The notes: a model not told the origin generated them from the sequence alone. A stretch of DNA of 40,559 nt from Candidatus Poribacteria bacterium (GCA_046582655.1 JAYGDX010000145.1:1-40559); one strand, 5' to 3'. Counted from the first letter of the stretch, positions 1-8,476 are shown. Numbers and translations are program-made.

Positions 1-310
1 TGGGAATCCAGAAGATGCGGGCAGGCAACTTGATTAGACGAACCATAGGCATAGCCAGGGCCAAAGCTAAGATTGGTTGGCGAAACCTTGCCTACAACAT
101 AGACCGATACTGCCTGCTGGCCCAGCCTTAGTTGCCAGCGGTGCGGCATCAAGGCTGCAAAGTCAGCCAGTGCCGCCATCAAGCGGCACTGATTGATGGC
201 GGATTGAGACAAATAATCGTAATTTCGCGATAGTAAATTCAATTTTTACTCAAAATAACGTTAACTTAAAATTTGAGCCTCTAAAATGCGATTTTTAGAG
301 GTGGCCTTAA
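1..310 (+). mobile_element. Right end of an IS5-family insertion sequence (truncated by the window start)
   Basis: Transposase C-terminus at 3-131. Terminal sequence GCGATTTTTAGAGGTGGCC ends at 306 (reverse complement GGCCACCTCTAAAAA, typical of IS5-group inverted repeats) and is followed by TTAA at 307-310, consistent with a 4-bp YTAR-type target duplication. Confidence 0.85.
3..131 (+). CDS. IS5-family transposase, C-terminal fragment (5' end outside window)
   Basis: Frame from position 3 reads GIQKMRAGNLIRRTIGIARAKAKIGWRNLAYNIDRYCLLAQP*, matching the RTIGxxRA..KI...NLAYN C-terminal signature of IS5 DDE transposases. Confidence 0.88.
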   Translation, partial: GIQKMRAGNLIRRTIGIARAKAKIGWRNLAYNIDRYCLLAQP

Positions 311-329
311 CAAATAGAAAGGCCACATT

Positions 330-1442
330 ATGTTTGTTATCAACCTGATTGTTGCTGCTCTTCTGAGTGCAGTTAAAGGTGAAAGCGACCTCGACAAACT
401 AGCTAGTACGTATCAAAACGTGGAACAATGGCAGAAACGAGTAGAAACAGTTCGTCAAGGCATCTTGCGGGGTGCCCAACTCTGGCCCATACCAGAGAAA
501 ACGTCGCTTCGACCAAGAATCCATGGCACACGGACTCATGATGGGTACACTGTCGAAAATATTGTCTTTGAAAGTCTCCCTGGCTTTTTCGTTACCGGAA
601 ATCTTTACCGGCCACTGAAAGTAACGACACCATCTCCGATCATCCTCTGTCCACACGGGCATTTTGAGGGTGGTCGTTTCCGTGAAGACATGCAGCAAAG
701 ATGTGCGACCTTCGCACGCATGGGAGCGGTTGCTTTCTCTTATGACATGGTTGGTTGGGAAGAATCTATCCAACTCAACCATGGTGATCAGCATGTGTTG
801 ACCTTGCAACTTTGGAACAGCATTCGTGCGATTGATTTTTTGGTTTCACTTCAGGATATTGATTCCAAACGTATTGCGGTTACTGGAGCTTCTGGCGGTG
901 GAACACAAGCTTTTTTATTGGCTGCGGTGGATGATCGTATAACCATGTCAATACCCGTTGTTATGGTGTCATCCGATTTTTACGGAGGTTGCAATTGTGA
1001 AAGTGGATTGCCAATTCATCAGAGTGATGACCACGCAACCAACAACGCCGATATCGCTGCTATGGCTGCTCCTAATCCCCAACTTCTTATTTCATGCGGA
1101 GATGACTGGACAAAGAATACGCCAACTCATGAATATCCTTACATTAGGAATGTGTACCAACTTTTCGGTGCTGAGGACAAAGTCGAAAATTTACATCTTC
1201 CTGAAGAAGGACACAGTTACGGGTATCAAAAGCGTCTTGGCGCTTACCAATTTTTGGCTAAGTACTTCGATCTCTCTCTGGAATCGGTATCCAACCCTGA
1301 TGGTTCAGTGAATGAAGCCCCCAATATCATCGAATCACGTGAAGCCATGGCAGCTTTTAATCAAGAATGTCCACGTCCTGAAAACACGCCTCAAGGTGAA
1401 GCAGATATTATGGCCGTATTGCAAAGAGCACAGGGGCTCTAG
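330..1442 (+). CDS. Acetylxylan esterase-like alpha/beta hydrolase, possibly secreted
   Basis: GASGGG nucleophile elbow, ESLPGFFVTGNLYRP and PHGH N-terminal motifs, CNCE motif, C-terminal EGH His, hydrophobic N-terminus. Confidence 0.85.
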   Translation: MFVINLIVAALLSAVKGESDLDKLASTYQNVEQWQKRVETVRQGILRGAQLWPIPEKTSLRPRIHGTRTHDGYTVENIVFESLPGFFVTGNLYRPLKVTTPSPIILCPHGHFEGGRFREDMQQRCATFARMGAVAFSYDMVGWEESIQLNHGDQHVLTLQLWNSIRAIDFLVSLQDIDSKRIAVTGASGGGTQAFLLAAVDDRITMSIPVVMVSSDFYGGCNCESGLPIHQSDDHATNNADIAAMAAPNPQLLISCGDDWTKNTPTHEYPYIRNVYQLFGAEDKVENLHLPEEGHSYGYQKRLGAYQFLAKYFDLSLESVSNPDGSVNEAPNIIESREAMAAFNQECPRPENTPQGEADIMAVLQRAQGL

Positions 1443-1538
1443 ATTCGGGATGATTTTGTGTGGTTCAATACGTGAAACTGAAATAATAACTTAACCCTAT
1501 ATGGTTTATCACAAGTTAAATGAAAGGATTAAGTACAC

Positions 1539-2588
1539 ATGCACTTTAGCCAGTTGGACACACCGGCACTAACCCTTGATCTTGATGTTATGGAAAGGAA
1601 TATCACCAATTTGCAGCAAGCTTGCGATAAACTGGAAATTGGGTTGAGAGTTCATACTAAAACCCATAAAACTCCGGCTGTCGCTCAAATGCAGATGCAG
1701 GCTGGTGCTATCGGTATCGTTTGCCAAAAGCTTGGTGAAGCCGAGGTCATGGTTGATGCTGGTATTGAAGATGTGCTGATCCCTTACAATATTGTTGGTC
1801 AACCCAAGCTGGAGCGTCTGACGCAATTGATTCTGCGCAATACGGCAGCTATTACCGTGGCTGCTGATTCCATTACTACGGTCGACGGGTTATCTCAAAA
1901 AGCAGTTCAGGATGAATGCTCAGTTCGTGTCATCGTTGAAATGGATACGGGGGGTGGACGTTGTGGTGTCCAGTCACCAACAGCAACAGTTGAACTAGCT
2001 CAACATATTGATCGAGTACCTAATCTGAAATTTATGGGGGTCATGACCTATGCATCCGGAGAGCGAGTTCCACCTTTTTTCGATCAAGTTCGTGATTTGA
2101 TAAAAAAAGCGGGTTTACCCTTACATATTATCAGTGCTGGCGGAACTGGCAGTCAAGAATTCTGCCAATCTATCGGCTGTACTGAGACACGTATCGGTTC
2201 CTATATCTACGAGGGGATGACACGAGTAGGTAGACGCGAAGACCTTCATCCAGACCGCTGTCCGTTACGCGTGGTGACAACTGTAGTGAGTAATGCTCGA
2301 CCAGGCCAGGTCATTGTTGATGCTGGTCAGAAGGCTTTTACCAGCTACCCGCCCAGACCCTACGGCTACTGCATAGAACATCCAGAAATTTTCATTCAGG
2401 GGATGTCAGTCGAACATGGACATGTTGACATTAACCAATCATCGCATAATTTTGAGGTAGGAGAAATTCTTTCTTTTATTCCTCTGCATGGGGGTATGAC
2501 AACCAACCTTCATAACCAGATTTATCCCGTGCGTAACGGTGAAGTGATAGATACTTGGGAAGTTGCCGGCCGTGGCAAGGCTCAATAA
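1539..2588 (+). CDS. PLP-dependent fold-type III enzyme (DSD1 / D-threonine aldolase-like, alanine racemase N-domain)
   Basis: DTPAL, RVHTKTHK (PLP lysine), QKLGEAE, RCG, GGT, DAGQK and SVEHG motifs; RBS AAGGA upstream. Confidence 0.9.
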   Translation: MHFSQLDTPALTLDLDVMERNITNLQQACDKLEIGLRVHTKTHKTPAVAQMQMQAGAIGIVCQKLGEAEVMVDAGIEDVLIPYNIVGQPKLERLTQLILRNTAAITVAADSITTVDGLSQKAVQDECSVRVIVEMDTGGGRCGVQSPTATVELAQHIDRVPNLKFMGVMTYASGERVPPFFDQVRDLIKKAGLPLHIISAGGTGSQEFCQSIGCTETRIGSYIYEGMTRVGRREDLHPDRCPLRVVTTVVSNARPGQVIVDAGQKAFTSYPPRPYGYCIEHPEIFIQGMSVEHGHVDINQSSHNFEVGEILSFIPLHGGMTTNLHNQIYPVRNGEVIDTWEVAGRGKAQ

Positions 2589-2608
2589 CCTTGGTTTGAT
2601 GGCCAGAC

Positions 2609-2756
2609 TCAAGCTTTCTTTCTTCGACGACGACCGAATTGAAACAAGATTCTATCTATCTGTAAGTGGGTTGCGTATCCAATTAATCCCGCGGTATAAA
2701 AGGAAGTATCATTTTTAGCTGACTCAGGTTTTCTATTATAAGTAAGTCCGTCAACT
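2609..2756 (-). pseudogene. C-terminal remnant of a membrane-bound metal-dependent hydrolase (YdjM/YbcI-like)
   Basis: Minus-strand frame reads ...SFYTAGLIGYATHLQIDRILFQFGRRRRKKA*, resembling the GYxSHLxxD motif. No start codon; an upstream in-frame TAA truncates the frame. Confidence 0.4.
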
Positions 2757-2769
2757 TAAAAGTATTATT

Positions 2770-2799
2770 TTGAAGATAATATGGTGCTATGGTTAAAAT
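2770..2799 (+). promoter_or_regulatory. Putative sigma70 promoter (TTGAAG-18-TAAAAT) in front of a structured non-coding element
   Basis: TTGAAG at 2770-2775 and TAAAAT at 2794-2799; no sizeable ORF directly downstream. Confidence 0.35.
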
Positions 2800-2935
2800 A
2801 GCTGGGAGCAAGAGCATGGTGATTCTCGAATGTGTCCAACCGCGGTGTTCTCCTAGCTCCTGCGATTTTTTCAGTTCACTGATTAGTTAACTAGATTAGT
2901 GATGTTTTAATTACATCAAAACAGATTACATCCTT

Positions 2936-2964
2936 TTTCGACATAACAATATGTTATACGCCAA
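2936..2964 (-). other. dif-like XerC/XerD recombination site with a 7-bp central region
   Basis: Minus strand reads TTGGCGTATAA-CATATTG-TTATGTCGAAA, compared with E. coli dif GGTGCGCATAA-TGTATA-TTATGTTAAAT. It lies in an AT-rich intergenic region. Confidence 0.5.
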
Positions 2965-3356
2965 TTATATTATATGCAATTGAATACTAGCACAATGAAA
3001 TTGTCAGTTTGAGAACCCCTCGTTTCCTACTATATCTATTATTTATTGTTAAAAGTTTTCACAAGTTTTTTTTATGTTCTTTCATAGTAACCCAAATTAA
3101 TATAAATCGAGACCAAACTACACCCTGAAAACTGCAATATGGAAGGTTATAGACGCAAAGATAGCAGCTTAATCTTATTGTCTTTAATTGGCTCTGGAAA
3201 TGCAACAAAAATTCAAATTGTAGAAAGTCTCCGATCTTTGCCAACATGTCATGATAACAACAGCCGGATAATTTTATAAATGTAACACCAAATAATATGA
3301 TAAAATGATTTAATGTCGGTATGTTGGGCGTTAACTGACTTACCCCTGAAAAATCT

Positions 3357-4580
3357 ATGTTGTGGGATAAAAGGTTGAAGATACGGGCAGGTTTAATCTT
3401 TGGTATTATGCTTCTTTTTGTAGGTTGTGATGATCAGCCTACAGAGATAATCATGCCGGATAATATAAACATCTCTGTCACAAGTAACAGGGTCGTTCCT
3501 GTACCCAGCTATGTTGATCCAATACTGGTATCAATTTTTTCAAGATACACCAAAATAATCGCTCCTAATGGTAAACCGATTCATATTTTTGCTCAGTCAG
3601 AAGTTAGTGATCAACAAATCATTCGCGCCCGCGATATTCTGGAATTCTATCTGACAGATGTTCCAGACTCAACCTATGGCAGAAACAAATCTGTTGTTGC
3701 TAACGCGATGGCGAATCGTAGTGCTTCCCTACTGTTTTTCAATAATGAATCTAGTAGGAAACATGCCTTTGAAGAGTTCTCTTTAGCAGATTTGAATCTT
3801 GCCAGTCAGAATCTGCATGCCACCCAGTTCTTTGTTGAGGGATCGATAGATTATGCTAATAATCCCCCTGACCGACAAGATACCAGTTTCAAAGATATTC
3901 TGCACTTAGTTCAAAAATATGGGATTATCCCCTCCTTACCTGACTATCAATCTGAGATTCAAACTTCGGCTAACAGCGCACGGTCAACTGGTATCTGGAC
4001 TTGGACTGCAACAGACAGTAATAGCACAGCTCAGGGATATTACGCCACCGTGGCAGGTGTTTATTATGGACTATGGGCAGATGATCGAGATGGAACCGTC
4101 GAGTCCTGGTGGGGCAAATACCAACATAATACTCGCTTAGCGCTACAATCAGGCGATCCAGCTGGTTATAATTTAATAACAAGATTTTTCTCGGAACATT
4201 TAACTTACACCGCCAAAATCCATCCTAGGTTCAGTGGTATATTTTACTTATCCTTGAAACCTCAACTTCAGTATACTTATAAGTCACAATACTTGATCCA
4301 TGCTGCCCTGACAGGAACGGACAATTCTCATTTGGTGGGAAACGGTTTGGCTAACACACTACAGGGAAATAGTGGGAATAACAGGTTGGATGGTGGTAAA
4401 GGAATAGATACGGCTGTTTTTAAGGGAAACTACGCTGATTACACTATTTTTGATTTACGGAAAATTGAAGGGAAATACGTTATCATGGATAAGGTATCTG
4501 GACGCGATGGTACGGATACACTGGTAGATATAGAATTCATAAAATTCAGTGACCAGACCACCGAGTTGCCGGCAGATTAA
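3357..4580 (+). CDS. Lipoprotein with C-terminal serralysin/RTX-like calcium-binding region
   Basis: Lipobox FVGC after a hydrophobic stretch; C-terminal GNGLANTLQGNSGNNRLDGGKGIDT...DGTDTLVDIEFIKFSD Gly/Asn-rich Ca-binding repeats. Confidence 0.75.
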   Translation: MLWDKRLKIRAGLIFGIMLLFVGCDDQPTEIIMPDNINISVTSNRVVPVPSYVDPILVSIFSRYTKIIAPNGKPIHIFAQSEVSDQQIIRARDILEFYLTDVPDSTYGRNKSVVANAMANRSASLLFFNNESSRKHAFEEFSLADLNLASQNLHATQFFVEGSIDYANNPPDRQDTSFKDILHLVQKYGIIPSLPDYQSEIQTSANSARSTGIWTWTATDSNSTAQGYYATVAGVYYGLWADDRDGTVESWWGKYQHNTRLALQSGDPAGYNLITRFFSEHLTYTAKIHPRFSGIFYLSLKPQLQYTYKSQYLIHAALTGTDNSHLVGNGLANTLQGNSGNNRLDGGKGIDTAVFKGNYADYTIFDLRKIEGKYVIMDKVSGRDGTDTLVDIEFIKFSDQTTELPAD

Positions 4581-4708
4581 ATCTATTCGAATCTCTGAAC
4601 CAGAATAGTATTTCCCTTTTCCTCTCGTGTGCAATTTGAATTAAAGGATTGGAAACTAAGATCCGCTTTACATCAAAGAGCCCTATGATGTAAACTTGGA
4701 GTAACCGT

Positions 4709-4737
4709 TTGATCTCCCATGCAATTTTCAGTAGAAT
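4709..4737 (+). promoter_or_regulatory. Sigma70-type promoter for the dsRBD gene
   Basis: TTGATC (4709-4714), 17-bp spacer, TAGAAT (4732-4737); RBS-like AGGATAG at 4771-4777. Confidence 0.6.
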
Positions 4738-4782
4738 GTGGTGGAGAGGTCTTCAGTTTCAATATGTATTAGGATAGCTTTG

Positions 4783-5340
4783 ATGTCAGAAAACAATCCC
4801 GACGACCAAAATTATAAAGGCTTATTGCAGCAACATTGCCAACTAAGAGGTATTGATCCTCCAACCTATGAAGCTACGCAGTGTGGCTCTTCTCACCAAC
4901 CAGGCTGGCTGATAACAGTAGAATACGGAGATAAGAGCTACACAACGCCAGAACCTGTTATCGGCTCAAAAAAAATTGCCGAGCAAACAGCCGCAAAGCA
5001 AATCATGGAAGAGGTTGCCATTACTCAGGAAGCATTTCTATCTGGACAACCGATCGAGGAAATTAAATCGGAGGCGATTTTAGAAACATTGGAGACTGGA
5101 GAGGTATTGACTGTTTCCTCCGAGCTTGTAGCAACAGCAATGGGTATGGCGAACCATCGACTGTCAGAAACCAGACAAGGTGACCGCTATCGCGAATCGT
5201 CCGATTCAAAACGGACAAACCGAGTATTTTCACAAAACCTTGCTAACTTGACAATGGTCATTGTCAAGGAACTGGTAAACGCGGCTGAAGAAGCAAATAT
5301 TGAATTTGGGTACGAAAAGAGGAGTCGAAAGGAAAGCTAA
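4783..5340 (+). CDS. Stand-alone double-stranded RNA-binding domain (dsrm) protein with an unknown helical C-terminal domain
   Basis: NYKGLLQQHCQ...PPTY...GSSHQP.W..TV...GSKKIAEQTAAKQ is a dsRBD consensus. No RNase III catalytic signature. Start moved to ATG 4783 on RBS and promoter evidence. Confidence 0.85.
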   Translation: MSENNPDDQNYKGLLQQHCQLRGIDPPTYEATQCGSSHQPGWLITVEYGDKSYTTPEPVIGSKKIAEQTAAKQIMEEVAITQEAFLSGQPIEEIKSEAILETLETGEVLTVSSELVATAMGMANHRLSETRQGDRYRESSDSKRTNRVFSQNLANLTMVIVKELVNAAEEANIEFGYEKRSRKES

Positions 5341-6032
5341 TCCATAAATCGGAACCGGATAATATGAAAAATTGCGGCAACGCCGTCTCTCCAGCTAATC
5401 TTTTTGCCTTCATCAAATGGTCGCCCCCTGTAGTTAATTGGAATTTCAACGAGGTGGCATTTTCTTTTTGCTAGTTTTGCTGTAATCTCCGGTTCAATTC
5501 CAAATCGATCAGATGTAAGATGAATCTCTTTCAGAATTGAAGTCTTAATCACTTTGTAGCATGTTTCCATATCACTAATCCACAAGCCGGTAAGTAAATT
5601 GGAAAGAAATGTCAAAAATCTGTTAGCGATGTAGCTTATACGCAGCCCCTTTTGCATGCCATCGGTGAATCGGGACCCATAAACAACGTCGGCTTGATTA
5701 TCGATGATCGGCTGGATAAGCTTCGGATAGTCCTGAGGGTCATACTCTAGGTCAGCATCTTGAATGATTGTCAAATCTCCTGTAGCAGCTTGGAAACCTG
5801 TTCGCAAAGCGGCGCCTTTCCCACAATTTACTGGATGGTAGAGCACTTGAACTAATGGATCGTCCACATCCTCAATCCCCTTGAGAATATCGCGTGTTCC
5901 GTCAGTTGAAAAATCGTCGACTAGAATGATTTCCTTCTCCAACTTAAGTTCGACTGCTCGTATTTGGCTCAGTATTTCATTTAGTGTTTTCACTTCGTTA
6001 TAAATGGGAATAACAATCGATAGCTTTTGCAC
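5337..6032 (-). CDS. Glycosyltransferase family 2 (DPM1/polyprenol-phosphate glycosyltransferase-like)
   Basis: SIVIPIYNE, VDDFSTDGT, GKGAALRTG, IQDADLEYDP, GSRF, DMETCYK and FGIEPE motifs. Confidence 0.93.
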   Translation of the reverse strand: MQKLSIVIPIYNEVKTLNEILSQIRAVELKLEKEIILVDDFSTDGTRDILKGIEDVDDPLVQVLYHPVNCGKGAALRTGFQAATGDLTIIQDADLEYDPQDYPKLIQPIIDNQADVVYGSRFTDGMQKGLRISYIANRFLTFLSNLLTGLWISDMETCYKVIKTSILKEIHLTSDRFGIEPEITAKLAKRKCHLVEIPINYRGRPFDEGKKISWRDGVAAIFHIIRFRFMD

Positions 6033-6122
6033 TACAGGCTCCCATGTTTTGACTTAATCGAATGCGACCTCAGCTTAGCATATCACGTATACAAATTCAA
6101 ATCAATTTGAAATAAGTGTATA

Positions 6123-7517
6123 ATGCATAGATTTGGTATTCAGACAAAGATTACTTTACCCTTTGTGTTACTTTTTACGGTCATCATTTTTGTAATCCCA
6201 ATCGTAACAATATCGCTATTCGATCGAAAATATGATGAGCAATTTAGCTTGGAAACACGGGAATGGTTGGAAGCCATTGTGCGAACCAATTACATATACG
6301 AACCGGAGAAGGTAAAAAGGGCATACCGCGCCGAAGTTGTTGTTTTCGGTCAAGACGGCACTATTAACAGTTCGACGATTACAGATCAAACTAATCAGGC
6401 TCTTCCCCACCTAGCTACTAATCTAAAGTTTCACCAGATTCAGAAACGACTTAAAGACGAATCTGGTGATGAATTTATTTTAAAAAATGTCACTGTTGCT
6501 GACAAACCCTACAAGGTTATTTACTATCTACAACCCTATGGTCGGCTTTACTGTTTGATGCGTCCAATTGATAAAATAGCTGAGGCCAAGCGGCAGGCGA
6601 TTTCATTGATGATTGGTGTTGCTGGCAGTGGGGCTCTTCTGGTCATCTTTATCAGCTACCTGATTGGGAAAAACTTGAGTAGCCCAATTAGTAACTTGGT
6701 TGCTTTTACTAATCGTGTTGCAGGTGGAAATTTGGACATTCAATGTGAAGTTACTACTCAGGACGAAATTGGAAACCTGACAGCCGCTTTTAACCAAATG
6801 ACCGTAGATCTCCGGAATTCGCGAGATGAATTAATCCAAGTTGAACGACTTGCCACAGCCGGTAAAATGGCAGCATCGTTCGCTCATGAAATTCGGAATC
6901 CTTTATCATCTATGCGTATGTTGACACAAATGTTGCGAAAACCAAGTCTAACAGAAGCAAAGCGCCATCAATCTCAGCAATACATTCTTGAGGAAATAGA
7001 ACGAATTGATCTTATCGTTAAAGGACTAATGGATTTTTCTAAACCGGAAGAACTTAAACTAGAAAAATACGACCTCCAACGTGTTCTTCGGGAAATTGCT
7101 AGCCTGATGGAAGCCAATTTACAGCATCATAAGATTTCATTGATCGAGAGTTACGATTCGGCAGTCGGACCAGTTTTGTTTGACTATGACAAGATTAAAC
7201 AGGTGATTATAAACTTGTTACTCAACGCCATGGCGGCTCAACCAAGTGACGGAGAAATTGAGATTTCTACGGAGAAAAATGGGGATCAGGTTTGCATGTG
7301 CGTCTCCGACAATGGTACGGGAATCCCTCCCTCGGATTTAGAGCGTGTGTTTGAACCGTTCTTTACTACCAAACTTGAAGGAACTGGTCTTGGTTTAGCA
7401 AACTCTAAACGGATTATTGATCAACATGGCGGAGAGATGCGAATTGAGAGTATACTTGGACAAGGCACCAAGGTAACAATCGAAATTCCAATTAAGGCCA
7501 ACGCCTCACAAGCATGA
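6123..7517 (+). CDS. Membrane sensor histidine kinase (2 TM, HAMP, HisKA, HATPase)
   Basis: Two TM segments, HAMP (DEIGNLTAAFNQM), H-box FAHEIRNPL, N-box NLLLNA, DNGTGI, FEPFFTTK, GTGLGL. Confidence 0.95.
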   Translation: MHRFGIQTKITLPFVLLFTVIIFVIPIVTISLFDRKYDEQFSLETREWLEAIVRTNYIYEPEKVKRAYRAEVVVFGQDGTINSSTITDQTNQALPHLATNLKFHQIQKRLKDESGDEFILKNVTVADKPYKVIYYLQPYGRLYCLMRPIDKIAEAKRQAISLMIGVAGSGALLVIFISYLIGKNLSSPISNLVAFTNRVAGGNLDIQCEVTTQDEIGNLTAAFNQMTVDLRNSRDELIQVERLATAGKMAASFAHEIRNPLSSMRMLTQMLRKPSLTEAKRHQSQQYILEEIERIDLIVKGLMDFSKPEELKLEKYDLQRVLREIASLMEANLQHHKISLIESYDSAVGPVLFDYDKIKQVIINLLLNAMAAQPSDGEIEISTEKNGDQVCMCVSDNGTGIPPSDLERVFEPFFTTKLEGTGLGLANSKRIIDQHGGEMRIESILGQGTKVTIEIPIKANASQA

Positions 7518-7531
7518 AATAGGAAAAGCAG

Positions 7532-8476
7532 TTGATCGAAGTTGAAAATCTGACCAAAAATTACGGCCCATTTACTGCACTAAAAGGGATTAGCTTCCAC
7601 ATTGGAAGAGGTGAGATAATTGGGTTTCTCGGTCCAAACGGAGCCGGCAAAACCACTACCATGCGAATTCTAACCTGCTTTATGCCACCAAGTAGCGGCC
7701 AGGCTATTGTCGCGGGCCATGACGTTTTTTTCGATTCGTTGGCAGTTCGGAAAAGAGTCGGTTATCTGCCTGAAAACGTCCCACTATATCCCGAAATGAC
7801 TGTACATGGTTACTTAAAATACGTGGCAAAGATCAAAGGGACTCCACAAAAAGAGCTGAAAATCCGTATCGATTATGTGGTGAACGCGTGTGGTTTAGAA
7901 GATCGGCGGCATCAAATTATCGGACAACTCTCTAAGGGATTCCGCCAAAGAGTTGGATTGGCCCAATCACTGATTCACGATCCGGACGTTATCATTCTTG
8001 ATGAACCGACATCAGGACTGGATCCGCGACAAGTTATTGAGATCCGCGAACTGATTAAGGAACTTGGCAAAGATCGGACAATCATTCTCAGCACACACAT
8101 TTTGGCCGAGGTAAGCCTAACGTGTGAGAGAGTTATCATTATCAACGAAGGTGAAATTGCTGGTGATATCCGATTATCGAATGGGGGAGTAAGCTCAATT
8201 GAGCGAGATAGCAGCACGCAAACCAGCTTTAATAACGCTAACGTGCTGGATTTGGAAATACAGGGCAACGCGATGGAAATAGAATCAACGTTAGCGGAAA
8301 TCCCAAGAGTAGATGTAATTGACATTCGGGATTCAATCTACCGGGTAAGCTACCCAGCCGATACCGATTCGAGATCTGAGATTTCATCCACCATTATTGC
8401 CAAAGGCTGGCAACTTTTAGAGATGCGTACCGTAGAAACGACCATCGAAGAAGTGTTTTTACGCTTAACGACGTGA
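7532..8476 (+). CDS. ABC transporter ATP-binding protein (ABC-2/GldA-like)
   Basis: Walker A GPNGAGKTT, signature LSKGFRQR, Walker B IILDEP, H-loop STH. Confidence 0.95.
   Translation: MIEVENLTKNYGPFTALKGISFHIGRGEIIGFLGPNGAGKTTTMRILTCFMPPSSGQAIVAGHDVFFDSLAVRKRVGYLPENVPLYPEMTVHGYLKYVAKIKGTPQKELKIRIDYVVNACGLEDRRHQIIGQLSKGFRQRVGLAQSLIHDPDVIILDEPTSGLDPRQVIEIRELIKELGKDRTIILSTHILAEVSLTCERVIIINEGEIAGDIRLSNGGVSSIERDSSTQTSFNNANVLDLEIQGNAMEIESTLAEIPRVDVIDIRDSIYRVSYPADTDSRSEISSTIIAKGWQLLEMRTVETTIEEVFLRLTT

Noticed and set aside
399..1494. ORFs 399-809 (-), 958-1311 (+) and 1312-1494 (+), and the many similar 60-143 aa ORFs nested in larger genes across the window
   Set aside because: Shadow or alternate-frame ORFs inside well-supported genes, with no recognisable motifs.
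2738..2765. TAAGTAAGTCCGTCAACTTAAAAGT resembling a MITE/IS terminus
   Set aside because: No matching partner inverted repeat or target duplication found in the window.
3059..3247. 62-aa minus-strand ORF in the AT-rich intergenic region
   Set aside because: No RBS or motif; composition is typical of random AT-rich sequence.
4738..4782. GTG-initiated N-terminal extension of the dsRBD gene
   Set aside because: It begins immediately after the -10 box; ATG 4783 has an RBS and fits the promoter.
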